The notes beneath the pieces were generated by a model. The model did not search any database. It saw only the letters and a list, made by a program, of their open reading frames with translations, and had not been told where the DNA came from. DNA of 60,541 nucleotides, the filler included, from Thelocarpon superellum (Eukaryota): assembly GCA_026025795.1 (NCBI GenBank). It is 2 parts of 2 records of this genome, joined end to end, with 100 filler letters (N's around TTAATTAATTAA, not from the genome) between each part and the next. Parts side by side here need not be neighbours in the genome. Positions count along the whole stretch, not along the records: positions 1 to 30,288 come from JAPEUG010000205.1; 1 more part is not named here. One strand, given 5' to 3'. The position numbers were made by a program, and so were the translations under genes. Positions 15,515 through 27,543 of the stretch are shown here, in pieces. Each line of letters begins with the position of its first letter. The first letter of the stretch is position 1.

Positions 15515-17693
15515 TCACGCATTAATAACGGTCGACTCGGACCACACACTGCCCGCGCGGAACCAATGAGCTAGCGTGGTATCATCCTGCTCGACGATGA
15601 GCTCGAGATTATTGCCGTAGCTGCCATCGACCAGGCCCCATGCGTTGATCAGGTTCTGGCCAAAGGTGGCGCTCTGCTGCCACTTGCCCTGCACGCCCTC
15701 CTGCGGCGGGTCGGTGGCGAGGTCGCTATTGTCACGCCACCAGTGCTGCGCCTGCCCGTCCACCACGACGACCAGCTCGAAGTTGCCCACCGAGAGCTCG
15801 TTCACCGTGCCGAACTGGCCCTCGATCATCACCGGTGGCGTGCCGCCCACGTTGGTGCCGAAGATCTCGCCCGCCTGCCAGGACGAGTCGCTCGAATCGT
15901 TGTCTTTCCAGAAGAGCTGCATCTGGCCCGACGGCAGGACGGCGACGACGTAGAAGTTGCCGGTGCTTCCCACGTTGGACTGTACGAGCGAGGGACCACT
16001 CTGTAGCACGTCGTACGCTACCGTGCCGCCGTAGTACCAGCTCCACGCGTTATCCGGTGTACGGTACCAATGATCCAGCGTGCCTTCGTCGGAGCGCACG
16101 ACGATGTCGAAGCCCCCGCCGTTGCTCTCGATAAAGCCTGGGAAGCCGGCGGTGTGGCCGTCGCCGATGTGCCCGGTGTTCTGCCACTGCTGGGAATTCT
16201 GGCTAAAATACCACCGGCGCAGCCAGCCGCCGAACTCCCAATACACCATCTCGAAGTCGCGATTGTATGAGGTCGACGTTAACGCCGGCTGCCCGATGCA
16301 GTTGATGCCCGGGTGCGCACCATCGGCGGAGAAGTCCTTCCCGTCCTCGCCCTCGTCGAGCAGGGTGTAGGCCGGAGCCCAAGCGAAGGGAGCTTCCCCG
16401 ACACGATAGACCGTCGTGACGGGCGACGTGCCGACGGCCATCTCGAAGTTGCGGTGCGTCTGGCCGTTGCTGCTCTGGATCAGATTGCCATTGTGCAAGC
16501 GGCGGCGGGACCACGGATCGGGGCTCAGGTTGGTCCAGCCCTGCTTGGCCCAGGTGTCGATGTCCGCCTGCCCATAGCCGATCAGGAAGTACCCATCCTC
16601 GCCGAAGCTGTCGCCCCACGAGTTCCGTGCGATCCAGGCTTGCTCGATGTCATTGTAGCCAACGAGGAGCACCACGTGGCCGCCGGAGTAGTTCGACACG
16701 CCGTCGTACTTGTACGGGTCCGGGCCAGTCCAGCCGTAGAAGTCGTTGTACACGGAAAAGGAGGCGGTGATGGGGCCGACGGTGGCGAGCCAGTTCTTCT
16801 GGTCCGTGATGGGTCCCAGCTGGGTGGCCTCAGGAAAGCGGCCGGCGCGCCCGCTGCGGTCCGGGCAGGGATAGTAGTTGTCGTCGTCGTAGTGCCAGGG
16901 CACGCAGTCGAGGTCGCTGAGGCCGCCGTGGTTGATGACCCAGTTGATGGCGTCGTTGACGTTGGCGCCGTGCGCGCAATCCAGCCCCCAGCTGTCGCGC
17001 AGGTCGGCCTCGGATCGCTTCGACCACAAGCCGTGCTCGATGCGGATCATCGTCTCGCCCAGGGCGGTGGCGGCAAAGGCCCAGCAGTTGCCGCACGGAT
17101 CTTGGTTCTGGATGGTGGCCAGCCAGCTTCCGCCGTACCGGGTGCGCCAATCCACCACCTCGCCGAGGAAGATGGGCAAGATGGGCGTCAGCACGGGCAG
17201 AGCCCGGACGGCGAGCGAGGTGAGGTTCTTGAAGAGGCCTTGCTTGAGTGTGACCAGCTCCGCCGGACCCACATCATTGGTGAGAACGGGCGTGAAGTCA
17301 AATGGCTGGATGGTGGTAGCTAGGGGCAGATCGGTGGTGTTCCCGCCCAGGGCATGCCCCGTCGGCGAGGTATTGAGGGTGAGAGCCGGGTTCTGGAACT
17401 TCTGGGCGATGGCGGGCCGGGTGGAATTGTTCGGGCCTACGGCTCTCGGGACCACGTCACGCGGGAAGACCTCCCGGTGGAAGGGCCAGAGCGAAGGCAT
17501 CGTCACCCACCTGTCACGGGGCAAGGGGGCAGCAGCTCCGCCAATTGTACCAAGAGAGCGAGGGTCAAAGCAGCGAGCGTCAGGGCAACGAGTGTCTAGA
17601 GCAGGTAGAGCAGGGAGAGCAGGTCTCGTGAAGTGAACAAGTCAAGTCCGCACTTGCCACGCCGAGAACGATGAGAGCTCCGGTCCACGGCAT
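15515..17693 (-). CDS. Papain-family (C1A) cysteine protease fused to a C-terminal six-bladed beta-propeller (lectin-like); 5' end uncertain
   Basis: VDWR, QDPCGNCWAFA (catalytic Cys), GGHVVLLVGY (His), WIARNSWG (Asn), then six repeats of P.L..S..G.FE.V.....L.HW.R...W. The start is either ATG 17693 (MPWTGALIVLGVA) with a candidate intron 17653-17596 (2121 nt in total, in frame) or in-frame ATG 17500. Confidence 0.88.
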
Positions 17694-18427
17694 GGGATCT
17701 GATGTAAAGGGATGTAAAGGGAGTTATGTAAGACAAGATTGGGTCTGTGGCCGGCCGACGACATGGTGCACGTCCATGGTCGGTCGGCGCAGCCCGAGCC
17801 CAGGCGGGCTGGCGCACATGAGCTACAGCAGGAACAAGGGCGCATGCATGGTGAGGTTGTTGATAGGGCCGTTGACGGCGAGCGGTGCACGACTCAGCTT
17901 GGTAGTGGAGGGGAAGGAAACGCCTCCGATGAGGCCATGGCTCAAAGCAGACCAAGGGCAGAAGGCAACGATTGGGTGAGGGCCATCAGGGCATCACTTG
18001 ACATCTCCCGCACCGTCGCTGGGTGGACCTCTCACGGGTAAAGCGCACGCTAGAACGAGAAGGTTGGTGGTGGGAGGGGAGCCATGGGCTCGACCAATCG
18101 TCGTGCGGCACGACGGCGGCGTTGCGCGGGGCAGCTGGGGCACGAAAGGAACGCCCCAACCCTGTGGCTTGAGCTGAACGGCAAACACTGCGCCAACGCG
18201 CCCAACACGCCCACCATACTCATCACGCCGATGGCCTGCAGGAGCCCAGCAGCACCGGGCGGCCACCGAGCCCAGCCACGGCCGCGGGCGCAGCAGCGCC
18301 AAGAGCGAAGAGCCAAGAGCCAAGACCGAGCCGAGACCAGCACCTTCGGGGTGTGGCGCGTGGTGGTCAAGTCATCTCGCGGTACCAACAGTAGCGAGAT
18401 TTTACTAACAATACTAATACTAAGTAG

Positions 18428-18523
18428 TGTAGGAATCAGAGCTGAATTGCTAACGCTAATCTACGCGTAGTCGGGATAGTGATAGAAGTGGGCACGTGAC
18501 CAGATCACGTGCGCGCTCCTGCA
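18428..18523. mobile_element. Mini element (solo-LTR/MITE-like), copy 1
   Basis: Runs TGTAGGA...TCCTGCA and aligns end to end with 31182-31271. Flanks GTAG/CTAG are an imperfect TSD. Confidence 0.6.
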
Positions 18524-19135
18524 CTAGTTAGTTAATTAGTTAGCCTCAATACTATCTACGCTGTATTCCCCTTGCGCAACAAATCCTTACAGCGTAGTGT
18601 CCATATCAGTTGATGTGCTCTATGAGGGAGAGCAGCTGCAGTGCACGACGGCGGCGGGAGGGCTGTATAGCAACACGGCGTAAGAAGGCTTTTTCCTCAG
18701 CATGCAATCCATGTACAGAGCGCCACCTATAGTTAGTTACTAGCCAATCGCCCAGCGCCTGTCGAGCTCCGGCGGGCGGCGACCGCACGGTGTTTGGTGG
18801 TTGCGTAGCTAAGGAAGGACTGCATATTGTTCCGGCCATGGGCCGGCTAGCTAGAAACCTACACGCACCTTGAGAATAGGAACCTAGCCAATGGCTGCTA
18901 ACCCTGCTAGAGTCTTCTGCCTGAAGGCGACAACGGCATTTAGGCTGGTCTGTCATGTGACGTCGTCGACCAACCTGGTACGGACGATGCCGAAGCTACG
19001 GAACCACCAAGGGTCCAACGCCGACCCAGTCGACGAATGGCAAAAGCATCTCCGTCGAGGACATTGGCTGGAGGAGAATAGGTAGTGTACAATACAATGC
19101 TATCATGAGCGCGACTCTCGAGCCATGAGCTGGTC

Positions 19136-20917
19136 TCACTTCAGGCTCTTGGCCAGGGTCCAGAAATTCTCGTACTTGGCCCGGGTCAGGGCTTCGCGGG
19201 CCGCGTGGTCGGTCTCGCACACGCGACTCCCCCACTTGCGGAACCCCCGGTGCTTGACCTCGCCCTCCCACACCAGCACACAGTGGTTGAGCGCCAGGTC
19301 CTTGAGCGTGCCCTGCTCGTCCTCGGCCTGCAGCCACTGGGCCAGGGCCTCCTGGTTGCCCTCGCGCACCAGGCTCGGCGAGTTCTCGGTCCAGTCGATG
19401 CGGTTCAGCATCAGCTTCTTGTAGGCGCGCATGCTGTGTTCGCCGCCCTCGACGATCACCAGGTTGAGCTTGGGGTGCAGGATGCACACTCCCGTCAGCG
19501 CGTTCTGCTCCGCATTCTTCGAGATCTTGAAGCGGTGCCGGCCGTTGGCCAGGTGGTCGATCTTGAACACGGCCGCGTGCAGCCCCTTGGCCGCGTCCTT
19601 GTCCTGGTTCAGGGCCAGCTTCTCGTGCTTCTGGTCCTTGCTCAGCTTGCGCTCCTCGTTGGCCTCCAGGTGCTTCTGATGTCGCTCCGCGATCTCGCGC
19701 GTCACCCGTGCCTCCACCGCCGTTGGATCCTTGACGGCCTCCTCGCCGAGCACGCGCATGAGGTTGCCCTTCTTGACCTTGGGCGGCGGCGGTGGTTCCA
19801 GCCCGAGTCGGATCTTGGCCTGCTGCTCCTTGAGCTCCGCCATGCGCCGCTGCCGCCGGAGCTTGGCCTGCTCCTTGGCCGTCAGGTACATGGGCTTGGC
19901 CGCCGGGATGTTCTTCTCCTGCGGCGGCTCGATCGACACCGGGTGCTGGATGTAGATGGTCACGATTGAGTCGGCCGTATCGAGCTTGACGTTGGATGCC
20001 TCATCGATACCTTCGTAGTCGGCCCCGTTCACTAGTCCCTCGTCCCACCATTCGATCGCCGGCGGTGCCGCCACGAGAAAGACCTTCTCCGTGTCCAGGT
20101 CCTCGTCAATGCCGGCCCGTCTTGATGACTCCGCGATGCGCTTCTTCATCTGCTCCAGGGCGGCTTGCCGTCGAAGGGCGTTGGCCTGTTGGATGTATTT
20201 GCCCTTGGTATTGAAGACCAGTTGTCGGGAGTGCCGCGTCTTCAACGTCGCCGTCTGCGACCCCAGGCTGGCGTCGAAGTAGGGGTTGTTCCGCGTCTCC
20301 TCCGCCGACGGTCCCGCCAGGTCGAGCGCTTTCTTCTTCCCGCCCGCGTGCCCTCCCATCCCGGGCGACTCGGCCCGTCGATTTGCCATGGTCGTGGCGA
20401 ACTTGGGCGGCATGGCTTGTCGCCCTTTGGACGATCGACCGTCGGCCCCCGCATCCGCCAGCAGCGCCGGATGGAGTCCCACGTCCAATCCTCCACGCCC
20501 GCGCGACGGGCCCTCGTCCACCTCCGGTGCGGGGAAGCCGGGCACGACCGGCGCCGGTCGTTGCTGTGAGCCCGATGGGGCCTTGACCGCGGCCGCCACG
20601 CGTGCCTTGAGCTGCTCGATCTTCGAGAGACCGCCGGATGGTGCACTCGTCCCGGGCGCCGGTGATGGGGATGCCGATGACGCCGCTCCCGGAGCTACTC
20701 CATTCCCACCAGATCGCATGCCTTGCAGGCGTGCCTTGGCGGCGGCGGCCTTGGCCCGCGCCTCCGCCAGCATCTTGCTCACATCGGGTCGGGCGGATGA
20801 GGAGCCGTTGGCCACCGGCGCCGGCGAGCCATTATTCGATCGAGACTTCTTGGAGGCGCTGGCTTGTTCATCGTCAGGGTGCGGCCGTTTCAGCGAATGC
20901 CCAGACACGTCCGACAT
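19136..20917 (-). CDS. PRP3: U4/U6 snRNP protein Prp3, 593 aa
   Basis: Intronless ORF with NPYFD, FNTKGKYIQQA, PAIEWWD, IQHPV, LTAKEQAKLRRQRR, PPPKVKKGNLMRVL, DPTAVEARV, KNAEQNALTG, YKKLMLNRIDW, CVLVWEG. Confidence 0.97.
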   Translation of the reverse strand: MSDVSGHSLKRPHPDDEQASASKKSRSNNGSPAPVANGSSSARPDVSKMLAEARAKAAAAKARLQGMRSGGNGVAPGAASSASPSPAPGTSAPSGGLSKIEQLKARVAAAVKAPSGSQQRPAPVVPGFPAPEVDEGPSRGRGGLDVGLHPALLADAGADGRSSKGRQAMPPKFATTMANRRAESPGMGGHAGGKKKALDLAGPSAEETRNNPYFDASLGSQTATLKTRHSRQLVFNTKGKYIQQANALRRQAALEQMKKRIAESSRRAGIDEDLDTEKVFLVAAPPAIEWWDEGLVNGADYEGIDEASNVKLDTADSIVTIYIQHPVSIEPPQEKNIPAAKPMYLTAKEQAKLRRQRRMAELKEQQAKIRLGLEPPPPPKVKKGNLMRVLGEEAVKDPTAVEARVTREIAERHQKHLEANEERKLSKDQKHEKLALNQDKDAAKGLHAAVFKIDHLANGRHRFKISKNAEQNALTGVCILHPKLNLVIVEGGEHSMRAYKKLMLNRIDWTENSPSLVREGNQEALAQWLQAEDEQGTLKDLALNHCVLVWEGEVKHRGFRKWGSRVCETDHAAREALTRAKYENFWTLAKSLK

Positions 20918-21389
20918 GGCGACGACCGCCCCGGTCGCTCTGTCACGGAGGCGTCAACTGGGACCACCTGACGGTCGTTTGCACGCCGCTTAGGATCCGT
21001 GATGGTGGTAGATGTTGGAGAGAAAGTGGGATCCGATGACGGCGCTCACGTTGCGGCACGCATGATCAGTGATCATCGAGAGTGATCGGGCCTTCGTCAC
21101 CAGCACGACTAATCATACAAGTGAGCAGAGCCAGAAAGTGTAGGGACTGTGTTGTATAGGGCGGCGAGGTGTTGTTCGCGAATCTTCCTTATGTAATGCA
21201 CGACCGATCCCTATTGAGGAGAAAATCCAACGCCACTTTACGGTAGTGTAGAAACGTCGAAAAAGTCATGTCCAACAGTGGGATTGGCGGTCGAGAGAGG
21301 CAAAATTGATAATCCATCCCGCACAACCCATCAACGATATTCTCCCGCTCGTGATACAGAAATGATGCGCGGGCACTCAAGACAGCAGC

Positions 21390-24300
21390 ATGAACGTCTC
21401 TCAACCTCTGGCGTCTTCCATCGGAAGCGTCGACTTCAGCTTCTTGAGCGCCGACGAGATCAAAGAATTGTCGGTCAAGCGGATCCAGAACCCCACGACC
21501 TTTGATACTTTGTTACATCCCATCCCCGGCGGTCTCTATGATTTGGCTCTCGGATCATGGGGAGATAACCAGTAGGTGTAAATGATTTGGAGGACGTTGA
21601 GGTCGTCGAGGACCTATGAAGACGACACGAACTGATCCGTTGGGGATCTCATAGGTGTGCTACATGCAATCTCAATGGCCAGATGTGCCCCGGCCATGTC
21701 GGCCATATTGAGCTTCCCGTCCCCGTCTACCATCCCACTTTCCTGGACCAATTGTTTCGTCTCTTTCGGGGCAAATGCGCGTACTGCCATCGTCTCAAGA
21801 TCGCCCGGGCCGACGCCAATCACATCATATGCAAGCTGCGCTTGATTCAACACGGCCTGGTCAACGAAGCCGTCGAGCTAGAAGAGCTGCACTTGACCCC
21901 GGCCGCACCACCGGGACCAGGGGACGCCGCCGATGATTCGGACAGCGTCCATTCCGTCACCGGCCTGACGGACGATCTCCTCGAGCGGCGGACCGCCTTC
22001 GTCCGCGATGCCATCCGTGGGGCAGGCAGGATGACTCGGAGCGATGCCCGCACCATCGCCAAGACCGAGGTCGTGGCTGAGGCTCGTCGTGCAGTGATCA
22101 AAAGCTTTCTGGCTGCCATCGTCAAGACCCGTGTCTGCGGTAATTGCAACGGCATCTCTCCAAGCTATCGAAAGGACCAATTCGTCAAGATCTTTGAAAA
22201 AGCTCTCTCCCCCAAGGACTATGCCAAGATGGTCCAGGGCGGATTCAAGATCACCAACGCCTCCGTGCTCCTGGGCCGGCAGCGAAAGGCCATGGAGAAG
22301 CGCCGGAAAGAGGCACAGGACAAACACATCGACGAGGGCATCGGCGCCGACCTCACCTCGGATCCGGACGAGGACGGGGAAGACGTGCCGTCGGACAGTG
22401 GCGACGATGTCATGTCGGATGCCCCGACGGAGTCGACGCCCGACGCCGCACCGTCTCATCCGAAGAAGGCAGACAAAGAAGCCGTCCAGCGCTTCGTCAA
22501 CGCCGGCGAGGTCCACGCCGCCCTGACGCTCTTGTTTGAGAAAGAGCGAGAAATTCTTGGCCTGATCTACCACTCGCGCTGGTGGACCAAGCCAACCAGC
22601 GCCGTCTCTGCCGACATGTTCTTCGTCAAGTGCATCCTCGTCCCGCCTAATCGCTATCGGCCGGAAGCCCGGACGGGCGAGAGCGAGATCGCCGAGGCGC
22701 CGCAGAACAAGCTCTTCCAAGGGATCCTGGTCCAATGCGAGAGCATCCATCGAATTCACCGCGACATTCTCTCGCAGTCCCTAGACTCGTCCCAAGACCC
22801 CTCCGTGGCAGGACAGGTGACGCGGCGTCGCGACATGAATGACCTGCAGCAGGCGTGGGTGCGCCTGCAAGAGGCCTTCAACTCCCTCATCGACCGCGAC
22901 CGGAATCCCATCCGCGGGCCCGCTGGCAAGCAGAACGAGGAGGGCATCAAGCAGAAGCTGGAGAAGAAGGAGGGTCTCTTCCGGAAGAACATGATGGGCA
23001 AGCGTGTCAACTTCGCCGCCCGTAGCGTCATCTCGCCCGACCCCAACGTGGAGACGAACGAGATCGGCGTGCCGCCCGTCTTCGCCAAGAAGCTCACCTA
23101 CCCCGAGCCCGTCACGAATCACAACTTCCGCGACCTGAAGGAGGCCGTCTTGAATGGGGTCGACCGGTGGCCGGGTGCGGCCGCGATCGAGAACGAGAAT
23201 GGGCAGGTGATCAATCTGCGGACGAAGAACCTGGAGGAGCGCCAGGCCTTGGCCAACCAGCTGTTGGCGCCCTCGAGTGCCACCATGACGGGCGCGCGGA
23301 ACAAGAAGGTGCACCGGCATCTGAACAACGGCGACGTCGTGTTGATGAATCGCCAGCCGACGTTGCATAAACCGTCCATGATGGCGCACCGGACCCGCGT
23401 GCTGCCGGGTGAGAAGACGATCCGCATGCACTACGCCAACTGCAACACGTACAATGCCGACTTCGACGGCGACGAGATGAACATGCACTTCCCCCAGAAC
23501 GAGATCGCCCGCGCCGAGGCCCTGCAGATCGCCGACACCGACCACCAGTACCTCGTGGCCACGTCGGGAAAGCCATTGCGGGGCTTGATTCAGGACCACA
23601 TCTCAATTGGCGTGTGGATGACCAGCAAAGATACGATGTTCGATCGCGAGAAGTACCACCAGCTCTTGTACGCCTGTCTGCGGCCGGAAGACAACCACAC
23701 CAACTCGAATCGGATCATCCAGGTTCCGCCGGCCATCATGAAACCGCGGCCGCTGTGGACGGGGAAGCAAATCATCTCGACCGTCCTGCTGAACCTGAAG
23801 CCGCCGGGCTATCCGGGACTAACGCTAACGTCCAAGTCACAGACGGTCGGGGACCGATGGGGCAAGGGATCGGAAGAGGGCACAGTTCTCCTCAAGGACG
23901 GGGAGATGCTCATTGGCATTCTCGACAAAGCCCAGCTGGGCCCAACGTCGGGCGGGTTGATCCATTCGGTGTACGAGGTCTACGGACATACCATCGCCGG
24001 CAAACTGCTCAGTGTGCTCGGACGCTTGCTCACTAAGTTTCTTCACATGCGCGCCTTTAGCTGCGGCATGGAAGACCTCGTCCTGACCGCGGCGGGCGAG
24101 GCGGCGCGAAAGGAGAAGCTGAAAGGCATTGACCAGGTAGGCTTGGAGGTTGCGGCGAAATATGTCTCCTTGACAGAGCACGACCCCAGCGCAACCGATG
24201 CGGAATTGCGGGCTCGCATGGAGGAGGTGCTGCGCGACGGCGAGAAACAGTCGGGCCTCGACCTGGTGATGAATAGCCGCACGAAAGACGTGTCGTCAGA

Positions 24301-26771
24301 AGTGACGATGGCCTGTCTTCCCCTCGGCCTGGTGAAGCCCTTTCCTCACAACCAGATGCAGACCATGACGTCCTCCGGGGCAAAAGGGTCCCCGGTCACG
24401 GCCAACCTGATCTCGTGCAACCTGGGCCAGCAAGTCTTGGAGGGGAAGCGTGTGCCGGTCATGGTCAGCGGCAAGACATTGCCTTGCTTCAGGCCCTTTG
24501 ACACGAGCCCACGCGCTGGTGGCTACGTGGCTGACCGCTTCCTGACGGGCGTGCGGCCGGCGGAGTATTTCTTCCACGCCATGGCGGGCCGCGAGGGGCT
24601 CATCGACACGGCGGTCAAGACGTCGCGATCGGGTTACCTGCAGCGATGTCTGATCAAGGGCATGGAAGGGCTCAAGGTGGCCTACGACGACTCGATCCGC
24701 GACGCCAACGGCTCCATTGTGCAGTTCCTCTACGGCGAGGATGGCCTAGAGGTGACGAAGCAGAAGCGTCTCACTGACTTTAAGTTCGTGGCGGAGAACT
24801 TCTGGTCGCATTTCGAGCAGCTCAACGTGCGCAACGAGTTTCACCACATCGACACCGACGCGGCGCTGGACTGGAGCAAGAGCGCGATGAAGAAGGTGCG
24901 AAAAACGGGCCGGATCGACGCTATGGACCCCGTGCTGGCGCGCTTCTCGCCCAGTCGTACGCCGTACAGCACGTCGGAGAGCTTCACGACGGCGCTCAAG
25001 GAGTACACGGAGTCGAATCCAGAGAAGCTCTTGCGTGACAAGAAGAAGGGCATCGCCGACGGCTTGGTCAAAAAGTCCTTCGAGACGGTGCTCAACCTGA
25101 AGTATCTCAAGTCGGTGGTGGAGCCGGGCGAGGCGGTGGGCATCATCGCTGGCCAATCCATCGGCGAACCCTCAACACAGATGACGCTGAACACCTTCCA
25201 TCTGGCGGGTCACTCGACGAAGAACGTGACGCTGGGGATTCCTCGTCTGCGCGAGATCGTCATGAGCGCGAGCAAGAACATCTCGACGCCCTCCATGACG
25301 CTGCATCTCAACCCGGAGCTCACCAAGGAGGATGCAGAGACCTTTGCCAAGGTGATCAGCCGCCTCACGCTGGCCGAGATCATCGACCAGGTGACGATTC
25401 GCGAGGCGGTGCAACCGGGGTTGTCGTACGCGCAAGCGAAGATCTACGCCATCCGCATTGACTTCTTTCCGGCCGCGGACTACCGACAACAGTACGCGAT
25501 CGAGATTGACGACGTGGCGCTGGCGTTGGAGAAGCAACTGATGACTCGGCTGACTCGGCTGACGCGGGCGGAGCTGAAGAAGAAGGTCTCGGAGCAAAAG
25601 GGGCAAGCGAATGTGGAGAGCGACGCATTACCAGAGATCGGGCAATCCGTGGGGACGATTGAACAGGCGACATCAAGGGGTGGAATGGATGACGACGGTG
25701 GGAATGATGGTGACGACGACGACGGAGATGCCACCAACACCAAGCAGAAAGCCAACCGGTCCGAAGCCATCTCCTACGATGCGCCCGACGAGGGGGAAGA
25801 GCGGATTGCGCAACAGGCGCAGCGAGACGCGACACCCGAGCTAGACGAGATGGAAGATGAGGGGATTGGCGGGAGTCCACGGGAGACGGGACGGGACAGC
25901 GACGGAGACTTGGAGGACGAGAAGGAAAAAGAGGTGACGACGGAAGCAAGGAAGCGCGACGCAAAAGCCAGACGGGACCGGATCATGGGCAAAGACACGG
26001 ACGTGACGGGGTTTGATTTCGACGACCGGGGCGGGCAATGGTGCGAGTTTCAACTCGAGGTGAGCAAGTCCGCCAAACTAACCCCCACGAATCCCACTGA
26101 CACCCTTCTCCTCACAGTACGAGTCGACGACGCCCAAGCTGCTCATGCTCAATCTAGTCGAGACAGCCTGCCGACAAGCCATCATCCAATCCGTGCCCGG
26201 CATCGGAAGTTGCACAGTCTCGAGCGAAAAGAAGCGCGACGCTGTGACGGGCATCGAGAGCGAGGAACCCATCGTCGTCACCGAAGGCGTCAACCTACCC
26301 GCGATGCAAGCCTACCAGTCGATACTCAACCCGCATCAGATCTACACCAACGACATTGCGGCCGTGCTGGCGCAATACGGCGTCGAGGCATGCCGGGCCA
26401 CGATCATCCGCGAGATGGACACCGTGTTCACGTCGCACAGCATCAGCGTGGACACGCGCCATCTGACGCTGGTAGCGGAGATGATGACGCGCGGGGGCGG
26501 ATTCCTCCCCTTCAGCCGCACGGGGCTGCGCACGTCCACAAGCCCCTTTCTCAAAATGAGCTTCGAGACCACCCTCGCCTTCCTGCGCGATGCCGTCCTC
26601 GACGCCGACGTCGATGATCTCACCTCGCCTTCGTCCAGAATCGTCCTCGGCAAGACCGGCACGGTGGGTACTGGCGCTTTTGACGTGCTTACCGCCCTCC
26701 CGAGCTCGGGCTCGGACTCGGACTCCGACCTTCTCCGCCGTCCTGAGGAGGATCCTGTCGAGCATAGATGA
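21390..26771 (+). CDS. RPA190: DNA-directed RNA polymerase I largest subunit, ~1746 aa
   Basis: Exons 21390-21571, 21655-26059, 26118-26771, 5241 nt in total. GGLYDLALG, CPGHVGHIEL, EKKEGLFRKNMMGKRVNFAARSVISPDP, NRQPTLHKPSMM, HYANCNTYNADFDGDEMN (Pol I type), TAVKTSRSGYLQRCL, TQMTLNTFHLAG. Confidence 0.98.
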
Positions 26772-27075
26772 TCAATGAAGAATCATGAGTCGGACGATTT
26801 GAATGAGACCTGTCACAAAGCCTATTCGCCCTATACCACTCATTACCATCGATAGAACAGTGTAAGTAGAGACGAAGACACGACGTCATGGGCCAAATGT
26901 CTTGTTCCTTATTCCTAATCTCTTATTCTTTGTCGGCTACCTACCTAGGAAGAGGGACGGGGACAAAATAGGGACAAGGACAAAGATCTAGTAATACATG
27001 ATGAGACTTGAGAGAAAGAAGGAAAGAGAGGACATGAAGATGAGAGGGTGGTTGAGAGAGAGAGAGGACAATGGA

Positions 27076-27177
27076 AATCGTGCTGTGCTCGTGCTCGTGC
27101 TCATGCGGCGCTTCGTCTGCCCGCAGTGTAGTGTAGTGTGGTGTGGTGTGGTGAAGTGTAGTGCAGTGTAGAGTAGA
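27076..27177. repeat. Simple repeats (GTGCTC)n and (GTGTA/GTGTG)n in the convergent 3' intergenic region
   Basis: Visible tandem hexamer and pentamer units. Confidence 0.7.
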
Positions 27178-27543
27178 CTCTACCCGGGGCCGTGCCCATA
27201 CCAGACATAACCTGTGTCGGTACGTGGACTGGCTGGCTGACCGGCTGGCTGCACATCCGTCTTCTTCATCTTCTCTGGCTTGTGTCAAACAAATCTCAGA
27301 GCGGAAGAGGAAACAAAGGTAGAGAGACAAGAGAGACGCGAGAGCCAAGAGAGAGAGAGAACACACAGGGAGGAAATATGACACAGTGGAAAATCAAGGA
27401 TCTGTATCTCTCCAATCGGTAATCACGACTCTCGCAAGCGCGCGCGTTTTCCTCTCTCGTCGGCTCTCGTCGGCTCATTGTCCGTAGAACGCCTTAATCC
27501 AGGTCCTTGATTCTTGATCCACGACTTGCACCCGCCCGCTTGC

